The notes under the pieces were generated by a model. That model saw only the letters and a list, made by a program, of their open reading frames with translations, made no database searches and had not been told where the DNA came from. A stretch of 64,000 nucleotides of DNA from Lophium mytilinum (taxonomy: Eukaryota): the NCBI GenBank assembly GCA_010093605.1, contig MU004192.1:1248882-1312881 (forward strand). Reading direction: 5' to 3'. Numbering within the stretch: the first letter of the stretch is position 1; the number at the start of each line of letters is the position of its first letter. The position numbers were made by a program, and so were the translations under genes. Positions 1 to 13,439 of this stretch are shown here, piece after piece.

Positions 1-584
1 CCCGCGCCTTTAGGAGCTGGTTCCAGGCGTTCTGGACTCTACCTGCATGATTCTGCTTCTCGTCGCCCAGGTGTATCATCTTCAAAACAGCGCTGTAGGT
101 TATGAGATGTGGGTATTTTCGCTTGCCTTCTTCGAAGGATATAATTTGTTGAGGGTTCTCCTTGTGTGCTTTCTCTTCTTCATTGAGCTCTTTTGACAGC
201 TTGGCGAGCTGCTCGCTGGCCGCTATGTGGTCTTGTGAGGTCTTCGGACTCCCCTGCATTTTCATCCACAGCTTGGCGACTTGGTCTTTGGTCTTCTCTT
301 TCTCTGCCTGTATAAGGCAGGTGAGCTGCATAACATCGTATGGTTCCAGGAGCTGCGGGGCAGCCTGCGGTTTTATCGTCTTGACATTTGAGGAGGGCTT
401 CTCGCCAATGGGGTCCACTCGAATTATTTGCACAGCGCGGTTGGGATCGATAGGTCCCAGAACGGGACCGTGGTGGGCAACGGGTTTAGGGGGAATAGTG
501 TTGTCCTAGCATAGTAGTCAGCGATCAGATATTCTACGCGTCTGGAGCTCATAGAGTGTATATATTTACCACAGGCCTGGACAT
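1..584 (-). CDS. Hypothetical protein, 3' end runs off the window start
   Basis: aaaATG at 584 gives MSRPV, followed by a GTAAAT...GCTGAC...TAG intron (569-506). The frame is then open to position 1 (DNTIPPKPVAHHG...EQLAKLSKELNEEEK...). No recognisable domain. Absent from the ORF track because it is truncated. Confidence 0.6.
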
Positions 585-1485
585 TTTCAACTGCTTGTCG
601 TGCTCTGTGGATGATTTGTGGAATCTTTCTTGAAAAATGGTGGGGGATGTGATGCAGGGCGCGTAAGGGGTGAAAGAAAGGTTGATATCCTGACCCTGTC
701 ATTGGCAACGCGTCCGCAAATGTTTAGGTCTCGGTCCAATCATACGCGTAAATGACCGAGGTCACGTGGGAAATTGAGATCGCCAACCAATGCTCCACAG
801 TTGTCGTTACTCAGCGGATTCTCAGCCCATCTCCGTTTCATCCCGGTGTACGAAGGACTTCGTTTTTTTTGATGCACCACCCAACGAACATCGACAACTT
901 TAACACCTGCGCGCAAGTCCACCACAACTCAAAATTGTTTCTAGTCTCTTGACCCTGGTACAGTTTTAAACGCTTAAGAAATCGCACTCTTTCGATCGTG
1001 TTAATTGGGGCGGTTGTAGGTGTTGTTAGCTGTCAAAGCTACTGTGGGGTCTTCGCTTGTGCATCAAAAAAAACGAACTCCTTCGTATCGGTGACGAAGT
1101 CAGCACGTTGTTCCTTTCATTCATCATAGCCGGCTTGACATGTATATGATCGAGTAAATGGGATCCAAGACCTCCTCTAGAAGCTCCGTGGCTTATAATT
1201 CATCATCTATTCCCCAAGAATGGGGCTACCCATGAGACTACTACAAAGGCAGACCGCGTATAGGTGTCCTAGTTATCACGGATGCTCAACATGAGACTAT
1301 GAGAAGAAATATAGCCCAACTTCACCGATGCAGAATCATCACTAGTTTCGGAAACAAACATTACAAGGAGTATCTCAACGACCTCATGACATTCATTCTC
1401 TTCTACAGACACAGTACGATCTGACGCCCATGCGATCAACACTACCAGATCAGATTTTCGAAATATAACTCCCACCAGAATCAAA

Positions 1486-2730
1486 TTAGGCCTCCATCTC
1501 TATCGGCAGTGTTACTTCATCACTCTTCCCACGGTTTCTGGGCGTTTCTATCCTTTGTGGTCCATTTCGGCACTTCCGTGCATGCCGCAGGAGACGATCC
1601 TTTCTGGAGAACTCGGACCCGCAAGTGCAACGGTACTCTCTAGAACGCTGGTGGGCATCGCCTGTCTGCTTGTGCCGTTCCAAAGGCCGCTTGTCCTTGA
1701 AGGATCTCGTGCAGGAATCAAGATCACATTTGAAGGTTTGATGGGTACCTAAGTGCCGTCTAAATTATGTTAGTCTGACTCTTGGCTTTGAGGTGTAGAA
1801 TGAGGATTCAACGTACTTTAAACGGCGCTGGTCTGAAAAAGTCTGAAAGCATTGTGAGCATCTCGGACGCGGTGCGCGTGGTAATGGTAGCAGGTTGGCA
1901 CCACAGGCTCGACTCGAGGGTGCGCTTTGGGGGGACTCTGGTGTAGGTGGTATTGATCTCGGCGTAGAGTCTGAGACGGCCCAGGAAAGGGAATCGGGCG
2001 AAGACGAATCAAACAGAAGAGAGTTGGAGTACGGATCCTGCGAAGGGAATTCCGACGACTGAGAACCGACATCTTCGACCTCCTTCCATCCACGATCCGA
2101 GCTGAGATTTCTGTCGATTGTAGTCGAAGATGCTGGCATAATGGCATGAGATCGGTCGTCAAAAAGAGATGAATGAGGAAATATAGCAGAGTGCCCTCCA
2201 GCATTATTCAACATATCCCCGTCCCAGACTGCAACATCTTGCACGAATTGAGGATCAAGAGGCACCTTATACGAACTTTCGATGTCTTGAAGTAGTGAAG
2301 GTCGAGAGTTGTCTGGAGATAGAAGCGGTTCTATAGCAATACCAGCGTTCGAACTGTCTTGCTGTGCGTATACCAGATCCTCCAGCGCCATTTCAAAGAT
2401 CTGGATTTGCTCGAGGTCCGGAAAGTTTGAGGCAAGGCCGGAATACAGGTAAGAGTCCTCGATTATCGGGAGATCTTGAGAGAGAGTAGTAGGAACTAGA
2501 TTCAACTGAGAGCTCCCACATGGTCCGCACACTTGGTGCTGGGCAAGGCTTTGAAGTATTGGCCCGTGTACACAACACGTGCAATGAGTATGTAACTGCG
2601 ATAAGGGCGAAAGCCTATGCACTGGATTCGGCGGGGGCGAGTTGAGGGAATAGTTGTGACATGGGTAGTCTAATCCGTGTTGGAGAACGGCGTGGTCGAC
2701 AACAAGAGGTCGAACATTGCAAAATGTCAA
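1486..2730 (-). CDS. C2H2 zinc-finger transcription factor (paralog 1), three C-terminal fingers
   Basis: Intron 1816-1760 (GTACGT...CTAAC...TAG) joins CSQCFQTFSDQRRLK|RHLGTH. It is followed by CDLDSC...RHKQTGDAH and CTCGSEFSRKDRLLRHARKC. The N-terminus is long, acidic and Ser/Pro-rich. Confidence 0.85.
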
Positions 2731-2982
2731 AGAGGGCCATGTCGGAATAGCAAACGCGCGAAGACTTGTAGCCTCCGCGAGCCCTTTATTTTGAAGAGAT
2801 ATTCAAGAAAAGGACCTGTCCTTGCCGCGAAGAAGTTTAGGGAGAGATATGATGATTCAAAGTTTCAAGGTGTTGTGTTAAAGAAGTGAAGGCGGAAGGA
2901 GCGCTGCGGCTTCAAATACAGGATGCGACATAGGTACCGTAACTCGCAATGCCACGTCTCAGGTATGGGGTGCGATCTCTTA

Positions 2983-3325
2983 GCCAATCACTTTCAGCTT
3001 TGTGTAGCCCAAGGCAGGTATATTTTGAGACTTAGCAGATCGGTGAACTGCGCGTCAAAAAAATGACCCCACCACCACAGCGCGAACGCCGGGGGCAAGA
3101 GACCATGGCCAATCGATTTCAGCCTTGTTCAGGGATATTTAAAGACTTAGCGGATCTGTAAGCTGCACGTCAAGAGGTACAGACCCGCACCATCACACCA
3201 TGAACGTCGGGGGTAAGAGACCCTATCCAACCGATTTAGCCTTGTTTACTTCGAGACAGGTTCATCTTGAAGCTTAGTAGACCGGTAAACTCCACCCCAA
3301 GAGGTACACGCCCCCACCACGAATC
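2983..3325. repeat. Three degenerate ~120-bp tandem direct repeats upstream of C2H2 paralog 1
   Basis: Units begin near 2983, 3108 and 3226. Each has ccaa(t/c)c...tt(c)agc(c/t)ttgt ... cttag(c/t)(a/g)ga ... caa(g/a)a ... cccaccac-like blocks. Confidence 0.8.
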
Positions 3326-3610
3326 TTCAATCGCTTGCCTCAAACGTCAGAGGCCAGCAACCACACCCAATCCATCCCAGCCTCACTCTTCGCATCTCAG
3401 CCAATGACCAGTAGCAATATGCACCACTCCCATTCTTAATCCAAACGCATGGTATCTCTCCAACGCAAACAATACTATACAAACCCCCTGAACGCCCATC
3501 TACCCAACCCAAAGTAAGGCCAGATCAAGCCAAACCAAACACCAACGCTCCAAAGCTGTATGCCCACCCAAGTGTACCAACCAGCGACCCCCAACTCGTC
3601 CCTCTCTAAC

Positions 3611-6045
3611 TTAGATATCCTTCCTTCCCCCCTCACTACCCGGCGTCGTCGCTCCACTCCCCATCTCCCACCCATCTGCGCCGCTACTCCGCCTCCTGAG
3701 CCCTCTCTCCCTAAGGCCGCTCCGCAGCTTCTCGCTGACCATTGCCATGCCGTCTTTCCCTGCACCTCCGTCTTTCGGACTCATAGGCGTGAGGCCAAAC
3801 CCGCCGCCTAGGCCTCCACCAAGCGAGTTCTGGCGACTACGCGGCTTCGTTGGAGTAGCAGGGCGGGTTGAATAGAACTCCATCCTCCCCAGATCCTTGA
3901 AAGACTCATTTCGCGGAAGGTTACCAGCAGCGGAAGACCCACCACCGATGCTGGCGCCTGGTTCGCCATCGCTAGTAGGAGAAGTGGGGCTGGAGTCGAG
4001 AAGAGAGAAAGAGCCGTCGCTCTGTCTGCTCTCCAGCGGAGTAGAGGGCGCGGAAATGTCGTTGCCAAAAGCATCGGTGATGATGCGTTTGGAGTGGAAG
4101 TCCGGGAACATCTCCGGGCCGAGGGTATTGATGATATCGTTGACCTGCTCGACCAAGTCTGCGCGACGTTGGCGGAGTTTAGTAAGCGTATTACTGCTAG
4201 ACGGGACGAGGAGGTATATTAATGGAGGAAGAGATTTGGCGATGTCCATGCCAATCTCACCGAAGCGGAGGGAGCCGTAGGTGATGGTCGGGAAGGCGAT
4301 TATCTGTGCCAATACGAGCACCGTGGAAGGGAGCCAGTCCGGGACGTAGCCAAAGCCGCGGAAGTAGGTGAAAAGGACTATCCAAAAGAAGTAGGTGAGG
4401 GGCGCAACGACGATAGCGGTAAGGAGTTTCCAGGTAGCCATGACGTCTCGAGCTTGGATCTTGACGGTCGAGGCGGCGAGGGCTTCTTTCGATTTCTTGA
4501 TTGAGAAAAGTTTGCCTGTTATGAAGACCGGGCTGAAAAGAATGGTGCCGGGGATGACAACTATGGCTAAGACGGCCAGCTTGCCCAGCCTGTAAATGAG
4601 AGTAAATATGGACTTGAAAACGGAATATTTGGCATAGTCGACTTGGTGGTCGCGAATGTTGAGCATCATTAGTCGCTTATTGTACGCCAGCACGGATTTC
4701 TTGAGGCTAATAATTCGAGGGTCGTCTTTGTAGCGTGTGTAGCCTTTGACCAGTCGTCGATTGAGCTCAACAACCAACGGGAGAGGAAGCTTCTTGCCCT
4801 TTGGCTGGTAAAGGCGGCGAACGGCTTGCATGAGCTTTTTCAGCCGTCAGCATCATGATCTGGTAAGAATAAACGGGCAGCTTACCATGAGTGTTTCGTA
4901 GTCTGGACTCGTCACCGTGACGGCGACCAGGGAATCGGTGATGATATCCAGCATCGCTCCAATGGCATCGCGTCTCTCCCCTGATTTGTACTTTTGAACA
5001 AGTTCAGGAGGAACTTCGACCGGAGTTCCGAATTCGATGACAGCCCGAGAGCGGAACTTGTGGGCGTGGAAGTAATTCATTCCTACTGGGATGATCTTCA
5101 GACCACAATCCGGCCTGTTGGCGAGCGCTCCCAGAGCCATGATGGCCACACCAGCTATGCGGAATTAGAAATCTATTGTCGCTAAAGCCTGATCTCAATG
5201 GGTAGATACCTTTCAGTGGCAGAAGCTCTGGTCTGTCATGACTTCCTCCCTCGGGGAAAATCCCAATACATCCGCCATGCGTCAGAGTATCAAATACCGC
5301 ATCGTAAACCTCCGTCTGGTTGACTTTCGGCGCAACCTTGAAACTAATCCCCTCAAAACCCTGCGCTGGTCCATTCTTCGCCTGCGCCCCGCCCTCAAAC
5401 TTCCCATCTTCCGTGACATCCTCCCTCCCCGTCAATTGCTTCAGTGGCACACCTCCTTTGAACGGCCTCTTCAACTTGATCTCTTCCGGCCCATTGATCG
5501 CCGCAATCTCCGAGCTTGCTGAAAGATTATTTACAGACGGCAGAACAATCAGTCCTCCGACCTGCACTTCTTTACTCTCAAAATTGGTCCCCACGCCCCG
5601 AATCAACGTAGGATCATTGACCGGGTCCGGGAGGTATATTTTCCCCTTGACCGCTTTCGTGGAGTCCAGCGCCCTGCCCACCGGGAGCGAACCAGCCATG
5701 CTCGCCATTTTGCCAATAAACTTCCGATCCATGGATTTCGCGGCGATGAGGAAGTGGATACGGCGGTCGGCTTCCTTTTGAACGACGCGCATGAGGATTA
5801 GAGGGTCGACGAACTACAGTATGCCTCTGTTAGCCAACCTAATCCTTCGCATCTTGGGTGGATAAGTGTAGACCAACCTGATTCGCGTGCGGCGCGCACA
5901 CAAACAGCACCGGTCCCTCCTTTGGTATCTTCCACGAGCTCCGCGGATGCACCTCGCGGAAGAACAGGTCCACCAGTATCGAGAATATCCATAGGAATGC
6001 ATCGTAGACATATGGGTTCATGTAACCAAGCTTCTTCTTCGCCAT
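3611..6045 (-). CDS. SCT1: Glycerol-3-phosphate O-acyltransferase (SCT1/GPT2 family)
   Basis: Acyltransferase motifs PHANQ|FVD, FPEGGSHDR and IIPVGMNYFHAHKFRSR. Three introns (about 5877-5814, 5209-5155, 4885-4835). C-terminal TM segments. Confidence 0.93.
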
Positions 6046-7117
6046 TGCGGCTACTCCGTGGCAGCTGTCCAGCTGCTGGTGTTTCCTGCTACTACGATGT
6101 GTTCCGGAGGACCAAGAGAGCGAAGGTGTAACGCAAGAATTCTCTTGGGAGGGTAGCGATCGGAGTTTGATATTTGTAGAGGGTTTCTACGTCCTGTACG
6201 GACTGCGGCGTGTCGTACTCTACGCGGGAGGTCAGAACCAAAGTATTCTAACCAAAATGCGCCTGGGAACTCAATGCAAGAGAGTTCCAGGTAGGAGTGT
6301 AAGGCTCACAAGTAATGGGATAGTGAAGTTAAGGATCAGACAGCGAAAGCAGAGTGACGATCATGTTATGGCCTACGTGCAGTTTCCCGCGGAGAGGATT
6401 CGCAACAGGAAGGCGCAATGAGGACCGAACTAGCTGGGAAGGAGGCTACGGCCGCGGATAGCCCGGCAACGGTGCAGATTTCAGTATATGTCGGGTATAG
6501 GTGTCTTGTGTTGGGTGGACCAGCGGAAGACGCAGGGCGTTGTTGAGCGACGTGACATTTGTGAAAGGTTGGCCGCTGTCTCTAGCGTGGCGTGGAGGGG
6601 TCAAACAGCCTGTCTGGGGAAGCGTGGCTGTGGCTGGAGACACGGGGAAGGATCACGCGAGGCAGGGAGGGTTGAGATATCACAGGATATAGTTATAAAC
6701 ACACAGTATACATTTGGAGGAGATACAGACCTCAGAGCATTTGAACAAGAGCATGTGAATAATGATTTTATATTCACGGGGATCCCGCAAGGCGAAGCAG
6801 CGGGTTCCCACTCCCTAGCGCTATGCTACCCAACCATGGATGCAATATCCTATACCAATCCGTCCGTGCTATGCAAAAACCCATCCCAAACACCACCCAT
6901 GCAAGTCGATATACAAGTGCTCGAGAGCTGCCGTTTTCCTAACCTCTACAAAGGACCTCGAGCCGTAACACCGAAGGTTGAAATGGAAGACCGACCCTAG
7001 GAAAGATACGGAATCTAGGGAATTGAGGAAACCCAGTAGGAGGGAATGAGATCTAGGGAATCTGAAGAATAGGAAAGTTTATTAGTATTAGAATAAGAAA
7101 TTTTGAACAATGAAACA

Positions 7118-8606
7118 TTACCATACTCCCACGACGGCCGCGCCAACAGCTGCACCGCCTAGCACCCCTCGGACCCCTCGGGCCATCATCGCAGCGTTCT
7201 TCGTGTGTGTTGGAACCGCTGTGCTGGTCTTGACAGGCACAGCTGCCGTGGTCGTAGCTGGCTTGTTTACGATATGGACGTTAGCCTGCGTATCCGGGGC
7301 GCCAGCACTTCCAGCCAAAAGGGCCTGCGTAACCTCCAGCGCGTTGAGTTGTTGACCAAGACCGTATGTACCGTCATAGCCTCCAACATACCACCTCGTT
7401 CCACATGTAGTCCCGTGGCTACCACCAGAGCAAGACTTTGCCGCTGCCGCTGCGGAGGTGCGGAGGAGAATCTGGACCGCTGGGGCAGTGAATTGAGCCA
7501 TAATAGCGGTCTTCGCAAGGAAACGACCCAGATAGGCCTTAAAGCTCTGCTGGTCCGTATTACAGCTATAGGCGCCCTCGCAAGCAGCTTCCCACATGAC
7601 ATTGGTCGCATTTTTGAAAGGCGAGAAGAAGACAGCGCTTCGTTCTAGGAGTCCAGAGGTCCGCTGCTGCCAAATCGCAGATCCGTTGGTAAAGTTGTAC
7701 ATGGTGGCCGCGCCGTGTAGGTAAATTCCAACGCCGTAGCTCCATTGCATATGGTTGACCTCCGAGCAGTTGGACTTGTCGTCGGTGCCGTCGAAGATCT
7801 CATATTTGGGGCCAATCAGCCCGATCCTCTGGGACCAGTCCCATGTCTTGACTGCCCAGTCCGTGTATGTCTGGTTGCCTGTGTATCTAGCGAGCCGTGC
7901 AGCGAGGGCGAAGAAGGCACCGTTTGACACGCTGTTCTTGTAATCGTATCCAACGACGCTGTCGGGGTATATCTGCCACTTCAGCCCACCATTGCACGTC
8001 TTGGTGTCCCAGCGCGCCGCCATACCGTCGAAGGCTTTCTTCGCAACATCGAGGTATTGAGGATCGGAATCTGAAGGAAGGGGGAATTGGTATTCCAGAG
8101 CAGACATAAGCGCAAAGATCCAGAAAGCTTGATCATCGTTGCCCTGCGGTTTCGTTAGAAAGCTAGAAGAATATAATAGGTATTGCGAGTGTATACCTCT
8201 TGGTCCCGCTTATTTGGCATGATCAGGTCTTGATTAGGACCGAAGTTGGCCACCAGGGCGTCCCTCGTAGTATTGACATAGCTCGAATCGTTTGTGTAAG
8301 CCCAGTAGTCTATCAGGCCTCCCCATACAGCGCCAGACTCCCACCAGTAGTACGGAGGTTTTGGGAACGACCCCACTTCGTCTTTGGGGGTATCTGTGGC
8401 GTTGTTTTTGTAGTAGGTCATCATTTCGTAGGCGTATGTAGCCACAGTACTCATGATAGAAGCTATCTTTGTCAGTATCGAGATCTCGCCAAAGAAATAC
8501 CAGAGTGGAAAATACCCTCATCGTCCAGGTTTACGTTGACCGAAGCTACCAGTGGCGATAACGCCACCACAGCTAGAGCTACCGAGCTCGACCAGTTGAG
8601 CTTCAT
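7118..8606 (-). CDS. GH76 mannan endo-1,6-alpha-mannosidase (DFG5/DCW1-like), secreted and probably GPI-anchored
   Basis: Signal peptide MKLNWSSSVALAVVALS. Motifs YYWWESGAVW, GNDDQAFW, CNGGLKWQI, YKNSVSNG and DQQSFKAYL. Hydrophobic C-terminus. Two introns. Confidence 0.92.
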
Positions 8607-10021
8607 GATCGCGGGGTTTGTGGTGTTGTAGGATTACAGTGGAAACAAGACAAGGAAGACAGAAGCAGAAAGATAAAGACTCCATGGCAAACGCAGGACC
8701 TGGACAAGGTAAATAGGCCCGCCCCTCGGTGTCCGGGCACGGCCACGATTATTCAACTCGCGACCTTCACCACAGCACAATACCTCTAGCCCCATGGTGA
8801 AGGTGGTCGGCGAGAGCGATTGCGGTTGGACAGCACCAACACGGCATTGTCGCGCGCCTTGGCTGCCGCACTCCACTCCTTGCCGCACCAGTGTGCCAAA
8901 CGAAACAATTCATCGTCATTGGGTGCTGGGTTCGGGGCTCAGGGGCAGTGAACGGGCTCTTCAGGTACCGCTGGGATGCTCGCCGTTAGACGTTGTTTCA
9001 GGGACCCCCCTCGGAGCGGCGGCGAGGCCAACGGCAGGAGTCGTTTCTATTCTTGCTCCTCCCGCGCGCATGGTAGCCACCCGCCCAGAACGGAGTACAA
9101 GCACAGTTGTATCCTTTTCGCTATTTTCATGGTGCATCTACGCCTAGACATCTCCTTGTCAACCACTACCTTCATTCCATTCTGCCCGTTCACCCTGATC
9201 CAACCCTCACACCATCCACCGTATCCAAGTATGACGCGCCCGTGCCTCCCTCCCCATGCAGCTAGAAGCCTCCAATAATAGCACTCAGCCTCATATCCGC
9301 TCCTCGTAAAAACACCACGCGATGTAACTTTTCGTCAACAAGCGCCAGCCGGGCATGATTCGACTTTCTTCGTGAACGCAATTTCGATTTGACCACCGGC
9401 GTGAGTTAGTCGCGCGATTACTAACGCCGGGGGTGCTGATAACAGGGCCGAATGTGCCGAAAGGAGAGGTTGATAGGCTCGATTCGGACGCAGAGATTTA
9501 TTGGCTTGAGGTGGACAAGGAGGTTGGGAGAGGACCTGGGGTTTGCGGTGGAGCAGTATCATGACTTGGAGGATCGATCTGACTGTTAAAGGGTAAGAGC
9601 TTTTGCTGCATTATGTATTTGATTGTTATTGCATTTGCGTTGCATGTGAAAAGTCTCTCGCATTGCTTCATTCCTATGGGCATTGCTACGACTCGACAGA
9701 TTTTCGTGTTAGTGGAGCCCTCTGAACAGACACACCCTGTCACTCCGCCTGAACACGACATGCAAATCCTGTTTCGTAAGTTCGCGAGCGTCAAGCTTTC
9801 CGTGGCGCGGCACGTGGAAACGTGAAAGCTTGGTGTCTTTGTGGCAACCCGATAAAATATATTGGCGAACGGTGACAAATTTCAGGTCAGCATCACTTTT
9901 CGCCCGTGATCGACTTCGTTCCCCCAGAACGTATGCTCGTTGCTCATGGCAAACATGTGCCCAAAACAAAGGAAACCAATGATACATGAATCATGCTCGT
10001 TGCTCTTGTCCATCTTTTCCT

Positions 10022-12167
10022 TCAATCATACTGCGTGGTAACAGATCCATACTCCTGTCCATTGAACGTAAGCCAGAACTTGAGATTCGATTCCAACGAG
10101 ATGTTGATTTTGAAGTTGGCGATGAAGTATGGTTTCCCATGCGGACCACTCCGCGCAACCTGGAATTTGTGTTCGGGTACAGAACTGAGGTCTGCCGACA
10201 GGATCGTGACGTTATATGCATTCTACAACATCATCAGCGACAGCCAAGCCTAATCGAGGAGAGGAGTCTCTTACCGCATCCGCATACCGCCGCGGTGCAA
10301 CATCATCGTCACAAGCCACCAACCGCGCCTTGAACACCCGACTCTCGCTGGCATCGAACGTCCGGTATAGCTCGATCTCGGCATGCCGCACCTGAGAAGA
10401 GACGAGCGCACAGCCCTTCGTAAAGAGCCAGCTCATTTGGCCTTTGGCGTACTTTTCGCCATCGTGCTCGTCGATATAAGCGTCTTCTTCTGCGTGTTTG
10501 AAGGCTGAGAAGGGTTCAGATGCAGGAGTGCCGTAGTGTCTCCGACATTTTCGTAGATAGATGAGGTCGGACCCTTTGGATTCGAGACCTCTGGCGACAG
10601 CGCCACGGACAACAGCGGACCAGCTGTGATAGGGTGTCAGTTACATAATTGGTGGGTATGGTCGGCATCTTTCACTTACGCTTTCGTAGGTTGGATTGTG
10701 GTGATGCCTCGATCTTTGGCGAACTGACTAACTCGATCATACATGTATGGTGATTTTCCGAACCCTCCTACAAGGAACACGTACTACGCGTGTGTTAGCA
10801 GTAACATCTAGCCGCTATAGAGTCTTGAGGTTTTATTACCTTGACGGTGGAGCCAGCTCGTTCGACTTGATCAATCTGTCCCGCGATCAAAGCACAAGTC
10901 TTTTCAACACATGGATCAAACATCTCTTTCAGGTCCTCTCTGGTGTGGCTGTTAGTACTTCTTCAGTACGAAGAGTCGCACAACTTACGATGTAATGAAT
11001 ATTTCTCCACCATCAATACCTCTGTCCGGGTCGTCAAGAGTATTTAGTGGCGCGGGTAATGGTAAGATGTGCTCCTCGTCCTCTTCGCTACCAAAGCTGG
11101 TCTTCGCCGTCAAGAACGCTTGCATCAGTCTGCCCATTTTTGGCTCTAGTCGTCCTTGTTCGTGCTCTCCAGCAGAATTATCAGCAATTTTCTTGTAGTC
11201 GGCAGTGCCGAGCTTCTTCTCGAGCCACTTCGTAAAGTTGCGATCGACGAAACTGCCGCCACACTTCTCTCCAGTACCAATGGCTGCCTCTTCAATCGTG
11301 AAAGTTGGCTCGACGGTCTTGACACGGTATGAAATAAGGTCCACGGTTCCTCCTCCGGCATCACATAGGACGAAGCAATCTCCAACAACAACGTCCTCCC
11401 CCAATCGGCCTCCCTTCATAGTCTTCAAGACGTAGATAGCTGCGGCTTCCGGCTCTGTGACCATGATAGTCTCCCGGAGATTTGGGAAGGTCGTTTCATC
11501 GAAGCCAGCTTGGGCGACGGCACGGAAGGTGCGGTCTTTAGCACGATCAGACCAGACGGCTGGCACTGTGATAACCAGGTCAATTGGCATAGTCAAATAG
11601 ACGCCTCCATAGGTTCTCTCGAGATTCTTGATGAGTTGTGCTTTGACTTGGGTCAGGTAATCCGCAACAATGTCAACAGGATCCTTTCCAGGATATGCCG
11701 GTGGGCCACCTCGGTCAGAGAAACGGCTGAGGTCCAGGTTCCCAATGCCCGTAAGCATTGCGATCAAGTTCTTCAGATCATCCCCCTCCTTCTTCTCATC
11801 TAGTTCCAATTTCGTCCACACCTGGCGTTGGGCATGTGGGGGAATCAAGGAACCCCAAAGAACTCTTCCACTTGGTGCTGCGGAATAAGATATTTCACTG
11901 GGCACCTTTTCTTTGGTTCCTAGTTGACCGTGCGGTCCGGGCCAGTCATGTACGACCTCAATTTTATCGATGTTGGTGTCATCACTTGTGGCCTCACAAA
12001 AGGCAACACCTGTCCCAAATCAGCGACGATGCTTTTTCTGAGTATGAGAAGCACTTTTACTGTACCTGTGAATGTGGTTCCATAATCGAGGCCTACCTGT
12101 GAGTGAGCCGAGAAGTAAATTTCACTCAAAGAAGCCTCGTACCAATGATCAGCCGGTTCCCGGACAT
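10022..12167 (-). CDS. Atypical Hsp70-fold (HSPA12-like, actin-like) ATPase
   Basis: Spliced over six introns it reads MSGNRLIIGLDYGTTFTGVA, DWPG...KVPS, VITVPAVWS, EPEAAA, CDAGGGTVD, FLVGGFGKSPY, WSAVVRGAV and RRHYG, ending EYGSVTTQYD*. No canonical Hsp70 lid or EEVD. Confidence 0.9.
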
Positions 12168-13439
12168 AGTATTTACTTGATGAGGCTTGGAGCTAGAAGA
12201 TAATTGTGGATTTCAGGGAGCGGATTCAAATAAGAATAGCAAGGTATGAAGATGTATACGTGGCTAGGTAGCTAGAGAAGGTTTAAAAAATATGGGAAAA
12301 GAGAGTTGAGAATCAAATATCAAACAAGCCGAGTTGGGCGTTAATGAGTGCGAGACTGCGGGGCAGTTTAGCCCCAGGCGCGGAAAGGAGGCAGCCAGGC
12401 TGATGCGATGGCGCAGGCCATGTCTGAAAGCTGTTAAGCCTGGGCCGACGGGCACTGGGGCTTGGCTTTCGTGGGGTTTCGTTTGGTCCTGGAGGCTGAG
12501 GAAGCGTCCAGACGAAGCCAATGGGATCCGCTTATTGATACCGTTCTGAGGTGGTGCAGGAGACATCTGCAGCTTGCATATCGGGATGCAGCGAGGCTGG
12601 AATACGCCTAGACCATGGTGTTTCTCACATGGACGCGTTCTTCAAGCTTTAGCGACACTGACCAAGGGGTATGTGACGAATTGGGTCATCTGAACCGGGA
12701 TATCGGCGCGTCTAATGCTATATTGAAGTGCTGCATGTTGTCGAGACGGAGCTTGACGCTGAGTGAAGGAGGAGAAACCCCCCACAAAGCGGGACGTGCG
12801 CCAAGCTACCCACGCGGAGTCTCTCACCACCTCCTCTCTTCAGCAAGCATAGTGGCTTTCTTATCGCCTACAGCCGTTTCGCTAGGTATGTGTCGAACCT
12901 CGCCCCTAAGCCACTCGTCTGCACCGCTTCATCCGGCGCCTGCATGCGGCCTCATGCATCACGCCCAGGCTGTGCAGAGCGACAGCTCAGGCAGCCCTCG
13001 CATCAAAGATCCGCCAATTGGGTGATCAACAGCTCTGGACTTTTCAGCCTTGCACCTCCCACTTGGTGGCGTTCAGTGCCTGCGTGAATCATGCTCCAAC
13101 CCGCGTGTACTTCGCCTGCGGGGCACATCCCCTTCATTTCCCCTCCTGTCGAACCCTCTTTTGCGAGCCCATATTCTTCTCTCGTGCTTCTATCTCCCTT
13201 CCATTACCACTTCCACATTTCCCGAAGAGTACTTTGGCATTCCCCGCTAGTGAGATATCCAATAGCAGGGTAACTCGATTGGAAGCATCACCCTTGACAC
13301 AACCCTTTCCCTTTTGTTCTCTCCGCAAGCTACCAATGAATGTGTATTCCTTAGGTCTTCGTCTAGTAAGCACTCCAGGTTGAGATTAACTATAACAGTG
13401 TCCTAATCTGCAAAACAGACCGGAGGGTTGGGGGCTAGA
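12168..13439. promoter_or_regulatory. Bidirectional promoter region of the Hsp70-like / coiled-coil gene pair
   Basis: Divergent start codons about 1.2 kb apart. Dense AGGC/GCCT motifs at 12360-12620 and TTTCAGCCTTG at 13042. Confidence 0.55.

Noticed and set aside
6488..7000. 170-aa + strand ORF
   Set aside because: No domain or coding-like composition. It spans the SCT1 promoter and the GH76 3' region.
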